DNA of 64,000 nt from NCBI RefSeq assembly GCF_004010195.1, contig NC_057719.1, positions 70,215,728 to 70,279,727 on the forward strand. The letters are read 5' to 3'. This document shows positions 37,170 through 51,149 of the stretch, one piece after another. Below the pieces are notes generated by a model. That model was given only the letters and a program-made list of their open reading frames with translations. It searched no databases and was not told the DNA's origin. The stretch's first letter is position 1; each line of letters starts with the position of its first letter. Made by a program: the position numbers and the translations under genes. Origin of the DNA: Chiloscyllium plagiosum. Taxonomy: Eukaryota.

Positions 37170-39491
37170 ACATCACTTCTGGCCCTCACATCATCGCTGA
37201 TGTCACACACTCAGTGACTTCCGCCCCCCCCCCCCACTGCCGTCCCAGCTCCACACCTACACGAGATCCCAGCTCCCAGCCCTGTCGAGTTTTCACCATC
37301 CGTCCAGACCTCCCCCTCACTGAGGACGAACGATCAGTGCTCAGCAATGAACTCACCTTCATCCCTCTCCGTCCACGCATCAATGAATTTAATACACACC
37401 GTGATGTCGAACACTTCTTCCGCCGCCTCCGCCTCTGAGCTTACTTTCACAATCAGGACTCCCGTCCACCTTCTGAGGACCCCTTCACCCGCCTCCAACA
37501 CACTCCATCCAACTGGACACCCTGTGCTGGCCTATTACCCACCCTCAACCTCTTCATTTCCAACTGCCGCTGAGATATTAACCGCCTCAACCTGTCTAAC
37601 CCCCTCCCCCACTCAACCTCTTATCCTCATAACGCGCAGCCCTCCAATCCCTCTGCTCCAATTCCGACCTCACCATCAAGCCATCAGATAAAGGGGGCGC
37701 AGTGGTAGTCTGGTGCACTGACCTCTACACCGCTGAAGCCAACTCGAGGACACCTCCCCCCCACCGCCGCGTGGACTATGACTCCACCCCCATCACCAAA
37801 CTATCATCTCCCAGACCATACAGAACCTCATCACCTCAGGAGATCTCCCACCCACAGCTTACAACCTCATAGTCCGGGAACCCCGCACTGCCTGGTTCTA
37901 CCTCCTTTCCAAGATCCATAAGCCTGACCACACTGGCCGACCCATTGTCTCAGCATGCTCCAGCCCCACTGAACTCATCTCTACCTACCTTGACATTGTC
38001 CTATCCCCCCCAGTCCAGGAACTCCCCACATACGTTCGAGACACCATCCACGCCCTCCTCCACCTCCAAGACTTCCGTTTCCCCGGCCCCCAACGCCTCA
38101 TCTTCACCATGTATATCCAATGCTTCTATACCTCCATCCGCCATGACCAGGGCCTCCAAGCCCTCCATTTCTTCTTCTCCCGACATCCCCAACAGTCCCT
38201 TCCACTAACACTCTCATTCGTTTGGCCGAATTGGTCCTCACCCTTAACAATTTCTCCTTCAAATCCTCCCGCTTCCACCAGACCAAAGGGGTAGCCATGG
38301 GCACCCGTATGGGCCCCAGCTATGCCTGTCTCTTTGTTGGCTACGTAGAACAGTCCATCTTCCGTAGTTACAGGGCACCACACCTCACCTCTTCCTCCGC
38401 TACATTGATGACTGCATTGGCACCAACTCGTGCTCCCGCGAGGAGGTTGAGCAATTCACCAACTTCACCAACACATTCCACCTTGACCTTAAAATTACCT
38501 GGACCATCTCTGGCACCTCCCTACCCTTCCTGGACCTCTCCATCTCCATTAATACCGACAGACTTGACACCAACATTTTTTTACAAACCCACCAACTCCC
38601 ACAGCTACCTGGATTACACGATATATTTCCCTCCCCACCCCTTTCCGCCTTCTGCAAAGACCGTTCCCTCCGTGACTACCTGGTTAGGTCCACGCCTCCC
38701 AACAACCCACCCTCCCATCCTGGCACCTTCCCCTGCCACCGCAGGAATTGCAAAACCTGTGCCTGCACCTCCTCCCTCACCTCCATCCAAGGCCCTAAAG
38801 GAGCCTTCCACATCCATCAAAGTTTTACCTGCACATCCACCAATATCATTTATTGTATCCGGTGCTCCCGATGCGGTCTCCTCTACATTGGGGAGACTGG
38901 ACCCTCCTAGCAGAGCGCTTTAGAGAACATCTCTGGGACACCCACACCAATCAACCACACCGCCCTGTGGCCCAACATTTCAACTCCCCCTCCCACTCAG
39001 CCGAGGACATGGAGGTCCTGGGCCTCCTTCACCGCCGTTCCCTCATCACCCGATGCCTGGAGGAAGAACGCCTCATCTTCCACCTCGGAACACTTCAACC
39101 CCAGGGCATCAAAGTGGATTTCATCAGTTTGTTCACTTCCCCTTCCCCCATCTCACCCCAGTTCCAATCCTCCAGCTCAGCACTGTCCCCATGACCTGTC
39201 CTACCTGCCTATCTTTCTTTCCACCTATCCACTCCACCCTCCTCTCTGACCTATCACCGTCATCCCCATCCCCACTTACCTATTGTACTCTATGCTACTT
39301 TCGCTCCATCCCCACCCTCCTCTCATTTATCTCTCCACCCTTCAGGCACTCTGCCTGTTTTCCTGATGAAGAGCTTTTGCCCGAAAAGTTGATTTTCCTG
39401 CTCCTCGGAAGCTGCCTGAACTGCTGTGCTTTTCCAGCACCACTCTAATACAGAATCTGGTTTCCAGCATCTGCAGTCATTGTTTTTACCT
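37170..39491 (+). mobile_element. Penelope-like element (RT + GIY-YIG), disrupted, with terminal repeat and tail
   Basis: FYLLSKIHKP..GRPIVS, QTKGVAMGTRMGPSYACLF, FLRYIDD, PFLDL; GIY-YIG NIIYCIRCSRCGLLYIGET and RFREHL; apparent internal deletion near 38620; HHR-like motif 39361-39392; tail ends TTTTTACCT. Confidence 0.95.
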
Positions 39492-39499
39492 CTGGTGAC

Positions 39500-40340
39500 A
39501 AAGGGATCTAATCTAAAGTTCTTAATCTAAAGAACACCATCCCAAGGTACAATAGGCTGTGGGTGAAGGATTGAAAGGGGTGATTTGCAGTGACCACCTC
39601 TGTGGTCTTCATATGAAGAGCATAGAGGAGCCCAGTAGGTATCATGAAGGTGCAGTTCTGGAGGTAGGGAAGATTGCTGGAGGCAAAGTTCAATGCAGTG
39701 ATCTCCACATGGGTGGAGGGGAGAGACGATAATGTGAAAATGGTTATTGGGGTCATGAGAGGTACAAAGGACATGGAGGATCAGGGAGGTTACCTGGCAA
39801 CTAGGCAGTGTCCAGTACTGATAGTGTCCACCACCAGCTGCAGTTCCTGTCATCACTTGCTGTCCACTAGATGCAAAATGTGCTATTAGAAAATGGCAGG
39901 GTTAATGCGCAATGTGAGTGCCGACAGTGTTAGATTGACGGGCAAAAGTTCAGGATCCACATCTGCTGCACACCAGGACACTGAAGGAACAAATATGTGA
40001 AGTAGCCATTTGTGAATGCGAGCTCCATTTAATTTTACATTTCATTGTCCATTTGCTATGTGTGCAAGATGAAAGTGCTTAGGAGTTTGATGCTCGTCAA
40101 AAGTGAACCTTTATATGCGCAACTTCCAAGGGGGTTGTTAGAGGTGGAAGCCATTGTTTCATCATCTATCATGTAGCTTTAATGATGTGTTGTGCTGGTC
40201 ACTCAGTATCAGCCATGCCAGCTGTGTGCTGTGGGCTTTGAGACTGCTGTCGAACTGTGCCAGCAGTGAGGTTCAATGCTGGATTGCACTGCTTGTCCAG
40301 GTGCACAGTTGTCCTTAAAGGTTGCGTGGGCTCAGGTGAC
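39500..40340. mobile_element. Old repeat related to 1740-2380 (probable Harbinger-derived)
   Basis: Shared blocks CCTGTCATCACTTG and TTGACGGGCAAAAG..AGGATCCA; minus-strand SLPSTHVEITALNFASS resembles the HARBI1-type LP..KVT.ALNF.ASG. Confidence 0.45.
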
Positions 40341-42820
40341 GTTAGTTTTTCAGCATATCCACTGAGTTGTTTTGGGAATAGTGTGTGGTAAGATGGGGCC
40401 AGAATTAGGACATGGTGAAACAGAGAGGCAGGGTATTTAATTAGTGAGTTGGTAAGACACGGCAAGACATTTCCTCTTAAATGTCAAGGGCAGCACCCGG
40501 GAAAAAAAAATAACTGAAACAATAAATCAATGTGTTGTATTTTTGTGATGTGCATGCTTGACATATTTTTCCATATGTCAAATCTATTTCTTGTTGTGCT
40601 CAGGAAGATGTGTAGCAATTTCTGAGAGTCAGGGCCCAAATTTGTACACTCCTATTTTACAAGCAGATCTAGTTAAAGTCTAATGACGAGGAATAATATG
40701 TCTTACATATCCATGACAACCTGTATTGTTAATACATAGCCTGTCAGCCCAAGTAGTTGCAGAGCACACATTAATTTTGCATCAGCCTTTTTATCATATC
40801 TGCATAAAAATCATCACTTGCTGCAGATAATATTAATATTCTCTTTTTGCTTCCCCTGATTGGCGCGATTAGGAAATTGTGTCATTCTAAATTCACTATA
40901 GAATCCTGAGCCTTGCACCACCATTTTCAAAGAAACTATGCAAAATCAATTGGGTACAGATGTTGAAGTTAAACACAAAACAAATGTTAACCTGAGAGCT
41001 GTAATCACAGAAAACCATACTCTATGTGAATAGTAATCCCAGGACAAATTGTAATGTTTGATTCCTGCTTTAACAGAAAATATATTTGATGCTAAAATGA
41101 ATTAAGTAACAGATTTTTTTACTAATAAATAACCATTTCAACCACTAACTATTTTTACTCATTTATAACTATATCTAGTCATCCTATCAAACATTTTGCA
41201 AAATCTAGTTCTTCAGTATTTTCCACTTTGTTTTTACTTCTATTTGTAGCTGACTTAACTGATACATTTCTGTAATTTTATCAATCATGAATTGACTTAT
41301 TTAGTTAAGTATATATTTATCCTAACGACAGCATTTTAGATTTCTCCATTCTTATTTCATTCAAGAGAGGAGATGATATTTAAAATGTTAAAATAGCTAA
41401 AATTTGTATTTTTTAACTTAAAAATTAATTGGTTGAATGCAGAAAATTAGAAATGTAAGCTTAACCTTTATTTTTGTGAGGCAAGTGGACTGTCTATTGA
41501 CGTTATTTCTGGACAATTATATATTCCAGCAGCACCTCATAGAAAGGCTGTTAAGTGCACCAATCATCTTAATATTCAGTTTCTTGATAGCTGCCACCAT
41601 CTATTTTAATAAGGTCCATTAAATTGCAGAACCACTCAACGTGTTTTAGTGAGGGAATGTTGGAAACAGACGGAAATGATGATCACCAAAAATTGATTTA
41701 ATTATAATCAGAATGAGGCTTATGAAGTTTGTTAGTTTGTCTGAATCATCATGTTAGTGGAAAGTAATACTTTTCTACAGTACTGGACCCCCATTGATTC
41801 CAATTCCAAAGTCTCTTTCATAAGTTACTGTGTCAATCTTAACTTTTGGACTAACAAGTGGGATACCAATCAGAAGATGGAGAAATCCCTCTTGAATCTG
41901 ATTCTGCTGACATTATTGAAGTTTAACCCAAGGCCTACAGTTTCCCAAAAGATCATTCATTAGAAACAGGAATCTGAAGGAGACATAAAGTTTAGTTAGT
42001 TATTTTCTTGCTCCTTGTGAACCAGTGGAGGCAAGAGTACTCCTCTGGGACCGTCAAGGAAATCTCAGGTTCTACTCCTGAATGTGTTTCTCTCCTGTTC
42101 CTCCAACTGCAATGCTCTTCAGACCCCTGTGTGATATGATAATTAGAAAAAGAGCCACGTGCCAATAAAAAGCTATTCATGTACAGGAACAAGTGCCTGT
42201 GTAAAAAAAAATATCAATTTTGAGATACCGCTGTTTGCATGAAAATTCATCACAAGGTGCTAAATATAAATCCTTGACCGCATTTTCATCGGATTATTTA
42301 TGTTACTGCAGGAAACAAAAATTTACTCAATGAGTTTAAATCCAACTACAATCCTTAATGTTGCATGCCCAGAAATGTTGTGAGTCTTTGTCAGTTTTCT
42401 TTCAAGTTTGAGTGAGCGACCAAACCACATTCAGATAAACACAAGTCAAAGTTTCACTGGTGTTTTGTTATTCTTCCACCATAACTGCCTCCATAATTTT
42501 CCCGTTTAGACCATTTGTCTATCTCTTTTATGTTACCAGCTGTAAGAAAGTGGAACCCAACGACTGGGACTCATTATACTACTTGGTTGAAATCCAGTGT
42601 CAGTAAGGAATGTTCCCTCTGGTGATGTGAGGATCCATTGAGGTGTAATGGGCACCACCAATATAGTCCAGGCCATTAAATAGAACAGTTTCCTTATTAA
42701 TTTTTTGAAAATGAATATCAACCTTGAGATACAGAGGATTGAGGCAGCCACGGCTAGTGTTGGAGATAGAAGTTTGAGTCCATTTGCTCCTAAATCAGTT
42801 ACTAGCTCTTTATTTGCTGC

Positions 42821-43055
42821 CATAGAGAAGTAATGATGTGCAGATGCCGGTGTTGGACTGGGGTGGACAAAGTAAGAAATCACATGACACCAGGTTATAG
42901 TCCAACAGGTTTATTAGAAATCACAAGTTTTCAGAGGGATGCTCCTTCATCAAGTGAAGAAGGAGCCCGATGAAGGAGCAGCACTCTGAAAGCTTGTGAT
43001 TTCAAATAAACCTGTTGGACTATAACCTGGTGTCATGTGACATAGAGAAGTAATG
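42821..43055 (-). mobile_element. Second-family PLE-type hairpin mini-element with TSD
   Basis: Perfect 15-bp direct repeat CATAGAGAAGTAATG at 42821-42835 and 43041-43055; arms 42880-42951 / 42969-43040 (72 bp, 4 mismatches); 44-nt tail 42836-42879; decayed HHR-like CCGATGA-A-GGAGCAGCACTCT-GAAAGCTT at the axis. Confidence 0.9.
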
Positions 43056-45659
43056 CAGAGGTGAGTTGAAGAGCCATTTGGACCCGAGGTAATGAAGTAC
43101 CTTCCAATTGAGTCTGTCAGAGTTCAGAGAATCATTGTTGGAGAGCTGCAGTGGGCATGATCTTAATGCAACACCAGTAAGCTTTTACACATTATCTCCA
43201 CCTATCAAATTTTTTCTTGGAGTACTTAAAACATAAAACTTCCAAAGTTGTTCAGGAGTTGCAGCCTGCTGTACACAAACTATAATCTAAAGAGCCTGGC
43301 AGCAGTTGAACAATTTACAAGCATTACTGGCTTATTGTTTGAAATGATTTCCATTTGATGAAAAGTTCAACATACAGACAATCATCAGTCATGTAATCAA
43401 TTGTTGGAACACTCATTTGGCCATTAAAAATCAGTAACCTTCTGTTGATACCAAATACAAAACCTCTTCGAATGTGCACTACCAGATTTATGACCTTGCT
43501 CTCCTTATTTTGACAATTTCCAAATAATACCTTTCACTTCTGCCATCCAAATAAATATACTTCTATAGCACCTTTCACAGTTTAGAGAATTCCTTAATGT
43601 CTGTTACATCCAAGGAAGTACTTTGAAGTGTGAAATGTACAAATAATAAAAAAAACTTGAACAATCACATCAGCTGAAATATGATTGACTATCTGTACCT
43701 ACTTACTGTACACATCACATCAGTAGATCCATGCTTTCTTGTTGATCTTCATTAAAATACTTTTGAGTTCAATGTAACTGCTAGCGTATTGTGTAATATC
43801 AATTCTTTTTTGATATTAATTACTAATTACCTGAGATTCTTTACACATTCTCAAATGAGCGGTTTATGATATTAGACACCATTAAAAAACATAGCTTGCA
43901 TAGGTTCAGCAATCGTTCTCCATAGGTAGTCCTTTAAGAACAGGCAAAGGAAACACTGGGTAGCAGGCAAATTTAATGATAATTAAGGTTTTAGCTGTGC
44001 ATTCAGCAAACTATCTTCCCGGTAAGCTTTGCTCATATTGCAGTGACTTACCCTAAGGAGTGCTTGGAATATAAATGTGGTTCTGTTATTAGTTTCAGCC
44101 TGCTACAAATATCTGAGGCACTTAATTAAGTGGTTTAGTAATGTACAAATGTTCAATTCTGCTCTTCACACCTAACACAATGAAATACTTATATTCTATA
44201 TGCAATCAGAAAAGTAATAATTCACAGGATAATTATTATTTATACTTTCTTTCAATTTTTTAAAAAATACAGATGCATCAATTCTTCTCATGGATTTTGA
44301 CACTGAAACCCTGTTAAAAATGTATCATATTACATCAGGATTTAATATTAAGCTGTAAAATTCTTTGACTGGATGTAAAATTGTACTATATGCACAGAGC
44401 TAATGAATAACATTTCATGAAAAGATGAGTTTAAGTTTTGTATTATAACAGCGAGTTCAAAAACCATTAATAGCAAAGTGACATTTTTGTCATTTGACGG
44501 CATAGATTCTGCAAAATATTAAAAAGAAATTGATATCTGAATGAATTTGAAATTACTATTTCAAGAAAAATGTATTCTTATTTTCTTTTTCTTAGTATTC
44601 AATTCATTGATTTAAGAAAAGCACATGATTGATTACAGAAGTTATGTTGGGGATATTTGACTTACTGTTCCACATTATAAAATATAGCAAACTGTTCTTG
44701 TAATGTTAAAAAAAAACAGCTTTATACTGAAGCTACAGACAGACCTTTAACCCAGGTTGCACAGTCTAAAATATATTGGACAAAAATTTCAGAGCACACA
44801 CTTCAATCAGCATTTTTAAGAATAGGATTTCTCACTTTTAAAATGGTATCTGGACATTAGAAAATAGAAGGCAAGTCTTTTTAATTCAATTATTGAACCT
44901 CTCTGTGGTTCCCTGCTGTTTGCTGCAATAAAGAATCAATTAGTTCAAAAACCAAAAGGAGCATAAAACTTAGGAAAAATTATGGAGATTCTCTTCATTG
45001 AGAAGAGGATTTATGCAATAAATAGTTAAGCCAAAGTATTCTCTAGCTAATTACAGAGTCCGAAATTTCTCAGATAGGTGATTGGTGTAATGTTTGACAT
45101 AACCTCAATGATGCTGAGATAAGACTGATGTCAAACCACTGAGAGTATTTCTTTGTATTTATTCGACAGAAAAATACACGCCACATTGTAATCTATTTTA
45201 GAATTGGTGTAGGAAGAACGTACTTAATAAAGTGTTATTGATTTTGATCCTTATTTGAAGGCAGCAGAGGAAACATTGGATAAGGCCCTGAAAGGTGCTG
45301 AGATTATGATGTGCAGTTAGCCTGTATACCCATTCACTACGATGCAAACAACATGCAGATGTTGAGGAACAGTGTGCTTCAACTGGCTTTGGTGAGAGGA
45401 GCAGGAGGCTGGAGGTAGGGGCAGTGATGGTTGTGTGAGGTTAACACCACTTAAAGCCAGCATACACTTCTTCAACAGAATATGTATTCTGGTTGCAGCC
45501 AGTGCTGGAAGTGGCTGGGTAAGTGTTCTGTGGGGGAAGAGCAGATGGAATGGTACAATGGCGCAGAGGACATTCTTCAAGGCTTGGGATCTTTGGTGTA
45601 AGAAGTAGCTGGAAGGGCATCCTCTACTCATAGGCACCCAGGAAATTATCAAGATAAAC

Positions 45660-46150
45660 ACAGAGAAGGTGGTGTGAGCAGATCACTGCTGTGTTCAATG
45701 CTAGCAATCTGGTTCCAGCCTGAATTCAACTCATGAAATTTAATATCTTCATATGAAGGGTCATGGTCTGTGAATGCATTTTTAAATGTCAGAGCCTCAC
45801 AAGTGAATCACCAGCTTCATGCACTAATCTATTCACTACCTTTTCCTCATCCCTCTCAACCACCAACAATTTATCAATCATGATTCATACCAAACATTCA
45901 CACTTACTGCACCCTTTTACGTTTTGAGCTATTCAGCAATGATAGATCTATGCTTTATCATGTTACACTATGCTCTGTATTCAATGACACAATTTAATCT
46001 GAAGGGGAAGGTTTTACATTATCAGAGACGGTAACAACCAACCAGGAGTAGTTATACACACATTGCATATCTTTGCAACATGGTGGAGATGTTGCTTGCC
46101 ATCATTGAAATGGCCACTACTGAGGCCATGATCAGCAGCAGGCTGAAATC
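45660..46150 (+). mobile_element. Possible Harbinger Myb/SANT-like remnant
   Basis: RWCEQITAVFNASNLVPA*IQLMKFNI weakly resembles W..IA..VNA....R...Q..KKFNDL. Confidence 0.35.
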
Positions 46151-46329
46151 TTAAAACCATTCCAAATTAATCCACCTTCTCACATTCTACTTCTTGATCA
46201 TACTCTGTTTTACTTTCCTACATTAAACTCCAACTACCAGCTTTTGCTCAACTACTCAACCTATCCATATCCTCTTTCAGATTCCTTATGTCCTCATCAC
46301 AACATGCCCCCTCACAAACAATGTCTGTA

Positions 46330-46765
46330 AACTGTTAGGGAATGCAGGTTCTAGTGAGAGGGAGGAATGGAAAGAGATCCTTATTAGTAGGGAAATGTTA
46401 TTGGGGAAATTGATGGAAGTAATGACTGATAAATCCCAGGGCAGATAATCTACATCCCAGTACACTTAAGGAAGTAGCCCTAGAAATGGTGGATTCGTTG
46501 ATGGTCATCTTTCAAGGTTATAGAGACTCTGGAACCATTCCTGTGGTTTGGAGGGAAGCTAATGTAAACTGATGTAGCTAATTTAAAAAAGGCGTTAGAA
46601 AGAAAACAGAGAATTATAGACCAGTTAGCCTGATGTTGGTATTAGGGAAAATGCTAGTGTTTATTATAAAAGATTTAGAGCAGAGCACTTGAAAAGCTGA
46701 TATAATTGGAATCTACTGGAACTTTTTGAGAATGTAACAAGTAGAGTTGATAAGGGGAGGCATGA
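46330..46765 (+). mobile_element. Old CR1 RT N-terminal fragment
   Basis: DKSQG.DNLHPS.LKEVALE, WREANV, FKKG.RKKTENYRPVSL. Confidence 0.8.
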
Positions 46766-46844
46766 CCAAGGGATATTATTGACAGACTATTAATACAGAA
46801 ACCTGGATAATGACCAGGTTTAAATCTCACCTTGGTAGATGATC

Positions 46845-47620
46845 AGCATGGAAACAGACCCTTTGGTCCAATCCGTCCATGCCGACCAGTTATCCTAACC
46901 CAATCTAGTCCCACCTGCCAGCACCTAGCCCATATTCCTCCAAACCCTTCCTATTCATACACCCATCCAAATGCCTTTTAAACATTGCAATTTTACCAGC
47001 TTACACCACTTCCTCTGGAAGCTCATTCCATACATGTACAATGCTCTGCGAGAAAAAGTTGCCCCTTAGGTCCCTTTTATATCTTTCCCCTCTCAACCTA
47101 AACCTATGCCCCCTAGTTCTGGATTCCCCCACTCCAGGGCAAAGACTTTGTCTATTTATCCTATCCATGCCCTTCATAATTTTGTAAACCTCTATAAGGT
47201 TACCCCTCAGCCTCCGACATTCCAAGGAAAACAGCCCCAGCCTATCCAACCTTTCCCTATAGCTCAAATCCTCCAACCCTGGCAACATCCTTGTAAATCT
47301 TTTCTAAACCCTTTCACGTTTCACAACATCTTTCCAATAGGAAGGAGACCAGAATTGCACGCAATATTCCAACAGTGGCCTAACCAATGTCCTGTACAAC
47401 CGCAAACATGACCTCCCAACCCCTGTACTCAATACTCTGACCAATAAAGGCAAGCATACCAAACGCCTTCTTCACTATCCTATCTACCTGTGACTCCACT
47501 TTCAAGGAGCTATGAACCTGCACTCCAAGGTCTCTTTGTTCAGCAACACTCCCTAGGACCTTACCATTAAGTGTATAAGTCCTGCTAAGATTTGCTTTCC
47601 GAAAATGCAACACCTCTCAT
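46845..47620 (-). mobile_element. CR1 LINE 3' fragment (same subfamily as 5380-6997 and 17730-19035)
   Basis: ORFs 47001-47288 and 47380-47613. Confidence 0.95.
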
Positions 47621-47764
47621 TTGAACTTTGAATTCACTTTTTTTTAAAACAAAAATGAAATTAAGAGTCTAAGATGACCCTTGAAAACTGTTGTTGATTG
47701 TCAGAAAAACCCCATCTGTTTTACTAATATTTTTCCGGGAAGGAAATATATGTCTCCATGTCTG

Positions 47765-48590
47765 AAGACAGCAAAATGGTGGGTGAGAGGTGAAGTGTGA
47801 GGAGAATGCAATAATCCTTCAGTTGATTTGGACAAGTTGAGTGAGTGGGAAAATGCATTACAGATGAAGTATAATGAGGACAAAGGTGAGGTTACCAACT
47901 TTGGTAGCAAAATGAGAAAGGCAGACTATTAGTTGAATGGTGATAGATTGGGAAAGGACGAAATGCAGTAAGACCTGGGTGGCCTTGTACACCAGTCACT
48001 GAAAGGAAGCATGCAGGTGCAGCAGGCAGTGAAGAAGGTAAATGATACATTGGCTTTCATGGTGAGAGGACTTGAGTACAGGAATAGGATGTCCTGCTGC
48101 AATTTTTCAGGGCCCTGGGGAGACCACACCTGAAGTATTGTGTGCAGGTTTGTCTTCTTAGTGGAGGTTGGATATTCTGGTTATGGAGGGATTGCCATTA
48201 AGGTTAGTTAGACAGATTCTTGGATTACCAGGTCTAATGTATGAAGAGAAATAGGCATCGGTTATGACTATATTCACTTGAGTATGGATGAATGAGTGGA
48301 GATCTCGTAAGATGTTCCTAATGACTGGGCAGTCTAGAATCAGGAGTCTAAGAATACAGGATAGGCCATTTATGCCTGAAATCAGGTAAAAGTCCTTTGC
48401 CCAGAGAGTGGTAAAATATGGAATTTTCTGCCACAGAAAGCAATTGAGGCCAACAGTTTGTATAATTAAGTTAGATATAATTCTTAGGGCTGAAGGATTC
48501 AAAAGTTATGGGGCGAAAATGGGAAGAGTACTATTGAAATGGATGATCAGCCACAATCATATTGAATGGCAGGGCAGGCTCAATGGGCCT
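47765..48590 (+). mobile_element. Older CR1 3' fragment
   Basis: DLDKLSEWENALQMKYN, ALGRPHLKYCVQ, RVVK.WNFLPQKA remnants. Confidence 0.8.
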
Positions 48591-49850
48591 ACCATACATT
48601 TCTGTATCATCAACAAGTTTGGATATATTTCACTGCCCCCACCTCCAAGTCATTCATATTGATAGTAAATAATTGAGGCCCTCAGATCAATCCTTCTGTC
48701 ATTCCACTAGGTATAACTATCTAACCTGAAAAAAAGCAATTCTTTGACTTCCACATACTAACCAATCATCAAACAATGTGAATACATACCCTTGATACTG
48801 TGAGCCTATACTTTGTGCAATTACCTTTTAAATGGCACCTAATGAATGACTTATGGAAATCCCAATACACTCCATGTACTGATTCTCGTTTATGAACTTT
48901 GCTTGTCGCAAATTCAACAAAGATAATTTCCCTTTCACAAGCCATGTTTACTTTGTTTGGTTCTGATAAACTTTTCTAACTATCCTACTATTTCTTCCTC
49001 AAGATGTTAGGATTATAGATTCTTGCTTTCTGTCTCCCTCTCTTCTTGAACAGGGGTGTCACATTAAAAATTTCCAGTGTGCTTCAACCTGCAGGGGATC
49101 CAGCGAGCTCTGGAATATTTTGACATGTACCTCCACTATCTCTGCAGCCATGTCCTTCATAACCTTTGGATATAGTTGGCTTGCCTGCTTTTAGACTCAT
49201 TAATTTGTCTTTTGTGATAGAGAGTGTTATAAATTGTCTTCTTTAACACCTGGAATATTGGTGAACTTTGGGATATTTACAGTGTTCTCCACTATGAAGA
49301 TTAATGCAAAATATTGGTTTCAATTACCTGCCATTTCCCTGTTACCCATTTTTAATTCCCCACTTAATTCCTCCAAGAGTTACTTTAGCAACTCTATTTC
49401 TTTTTGTATACTCATAAATGCTTTTGCTGATTGATTTTTATATTTCTTACCAATTTAAATTCATAATCATTTTTCTTCCTCCTTACTGGCTTTATAGTCA
49501 TTCACTGCTGGATCTTTAAAAAATCTCAATTCTCTGGCCTACTATTAGTTTTTTGCTGCTTCGAATATGTTGTTTTTGATTGGATACCCTTCTTAACCAC
49601 CTTTGCTAACTGTGGATGATTTATCCTTCTCATTGATTTTTGTTTTGACCAGAATAAATTTTTGCTCAGTATTTAGAAATACCTAATTAAATGACTAACA
49701 TTATTCATCCACTGACTTTCCCCTTAGTCTATTTTTCCAATCCGTTCTTTAGACAACTCTTTCTTCATAACTCTGTATTGCCCTTACTTAAGTTGATGAT
49801 ACTGGTCTCAGACCTGAGTTGCTCTCTCTCAAACTGCTATCTCGTGAAAA
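48590..49850 (-). mobile_element. Older CR1 ORF2 fragment, heavily decayed
   Basis: Decayed colinearity with the 33500-35100 CR1 region (e.g. CCCTTTCACAAGCCATG, ACAGTGTTCTCCACTATGAAGATTAATGCAAAATA). Confidence 0.6.
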
Positions 49851-50884
49851 TCTGGCAACCATTGAGCGTTCTGCTGGATTTGAGCCTTCAAGGTGGCCAC
49901 CAGCCTTTCTGTGAAGTCAGCCATGTGCCTATATGCCACAGCCACTGCAATCGTGAGAATGTGCATGCATTTTTCCATCTATTGTTCCAACCTATTAAGG
50001 CTCTCTGGTACACCAGCCTCCTATATTGTCCTGCTTTTCTCTGCAGATTGCCTGCATAATTTATGGCCAAATACAGAGCCATGATACTCAGCACTGTCTC
50101 ATCTCTGTCAGTCTTTGGGCATTAATTCCTCCAGTCATTGTTGACTTGAGTCAGTGATGGTCTGACTTGATTGCATCCGCGAGTTGACTCTAACTAATGT
50201 AGCCACCAAGAATAGTGTCACTGAAGTGGTGGAGGTTGCAGGTGAATGTCTTACCTGTGTTTCCAGATTTCCTCCTCGGAGATGTTGCTGGCACAGAAGG
50301 TCTCTGACATCAGTATCTTGTAATGGGCCAGATACAAGGTAACACTACTACGTACAGAAGAGAAGAGAAGGAGTAGTTGGCGAACATACAGAATAATGAA
50401 TACAGACCACTGGGTTTGACTTTGTGCACACCTGAGAAGAGGACAACGAAATGTTGTTGACCAGATTCCTGACCCATTCCTGACTCCCCATCACCACAGA
50501 AATGGTCTTGGCTCTACTTCTACATCTTTATATCCAGCATTCCTCTACTGATCTTGGTCCTCTTGACCCTGTTGTACACCAGCTTCTCCTACAATGACAT
50601 AAAGAAAAGAATGATTGTGATGACAATAGGTATAGAAGCAATTTGTGGGCAGATGTAACCATGCCTAGAAGAGAGCCATTGCCAGTTGGTGAGTGGGAAG
50701 AGCAGTTCCCCAGGTGGGGTTAGTAGTTTGAAGAGGATGAGATGAGTATGAGTCATTGACTGCACACTATGCATGTGATAATGAGGCTTGCAGAGCATGA
50801 GCCTTTGTGCAATGCTGATGCAGTGGCAGAGTTAAACTAAGTGATACCCCTGTGAAAGTGAGTTAGTAGAGAGACGATGGTGCC

Positions 50885-50950
50885 ACTTACCCTTGCAGAG
50901 GCCATTTATTTTCTTGCAGCATTGCTTGGCATCATGTTTGCGCTGCACCA
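50885..50950 (-). mobile_element. Myb/SANT-like remnant with splice donor (Harbinger ORF2-like)
   Basis: KHDAKQCCKKINGL followed by GTAAGT. Confidence 0.4.
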
Positions 50951-51149
50951 CACTCTCTCAAGGCTACAAGGGACAGGCAACGTATGCTGGCTGACCAGGG
51001 ATGCTCAGATCCCCCAAATAAATTAAAAAAACCAAGTAGGTCTGAAGTGTATTTTCACTTCAGGATCTACCGAGGCCAGGTTTAATAATACCCTGGCAGA
51101 TTTAGTAATTACCTGAACATAGGTGCAAGATCAGATCAGAAGATTATAT

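Noticed and set aside
42540..42602. 63-nt candidate exon (CAG acceptor, GTAAG donor)
   Set aside because: Too short, two open frames, no recognisable peptide or supporting partner exons.
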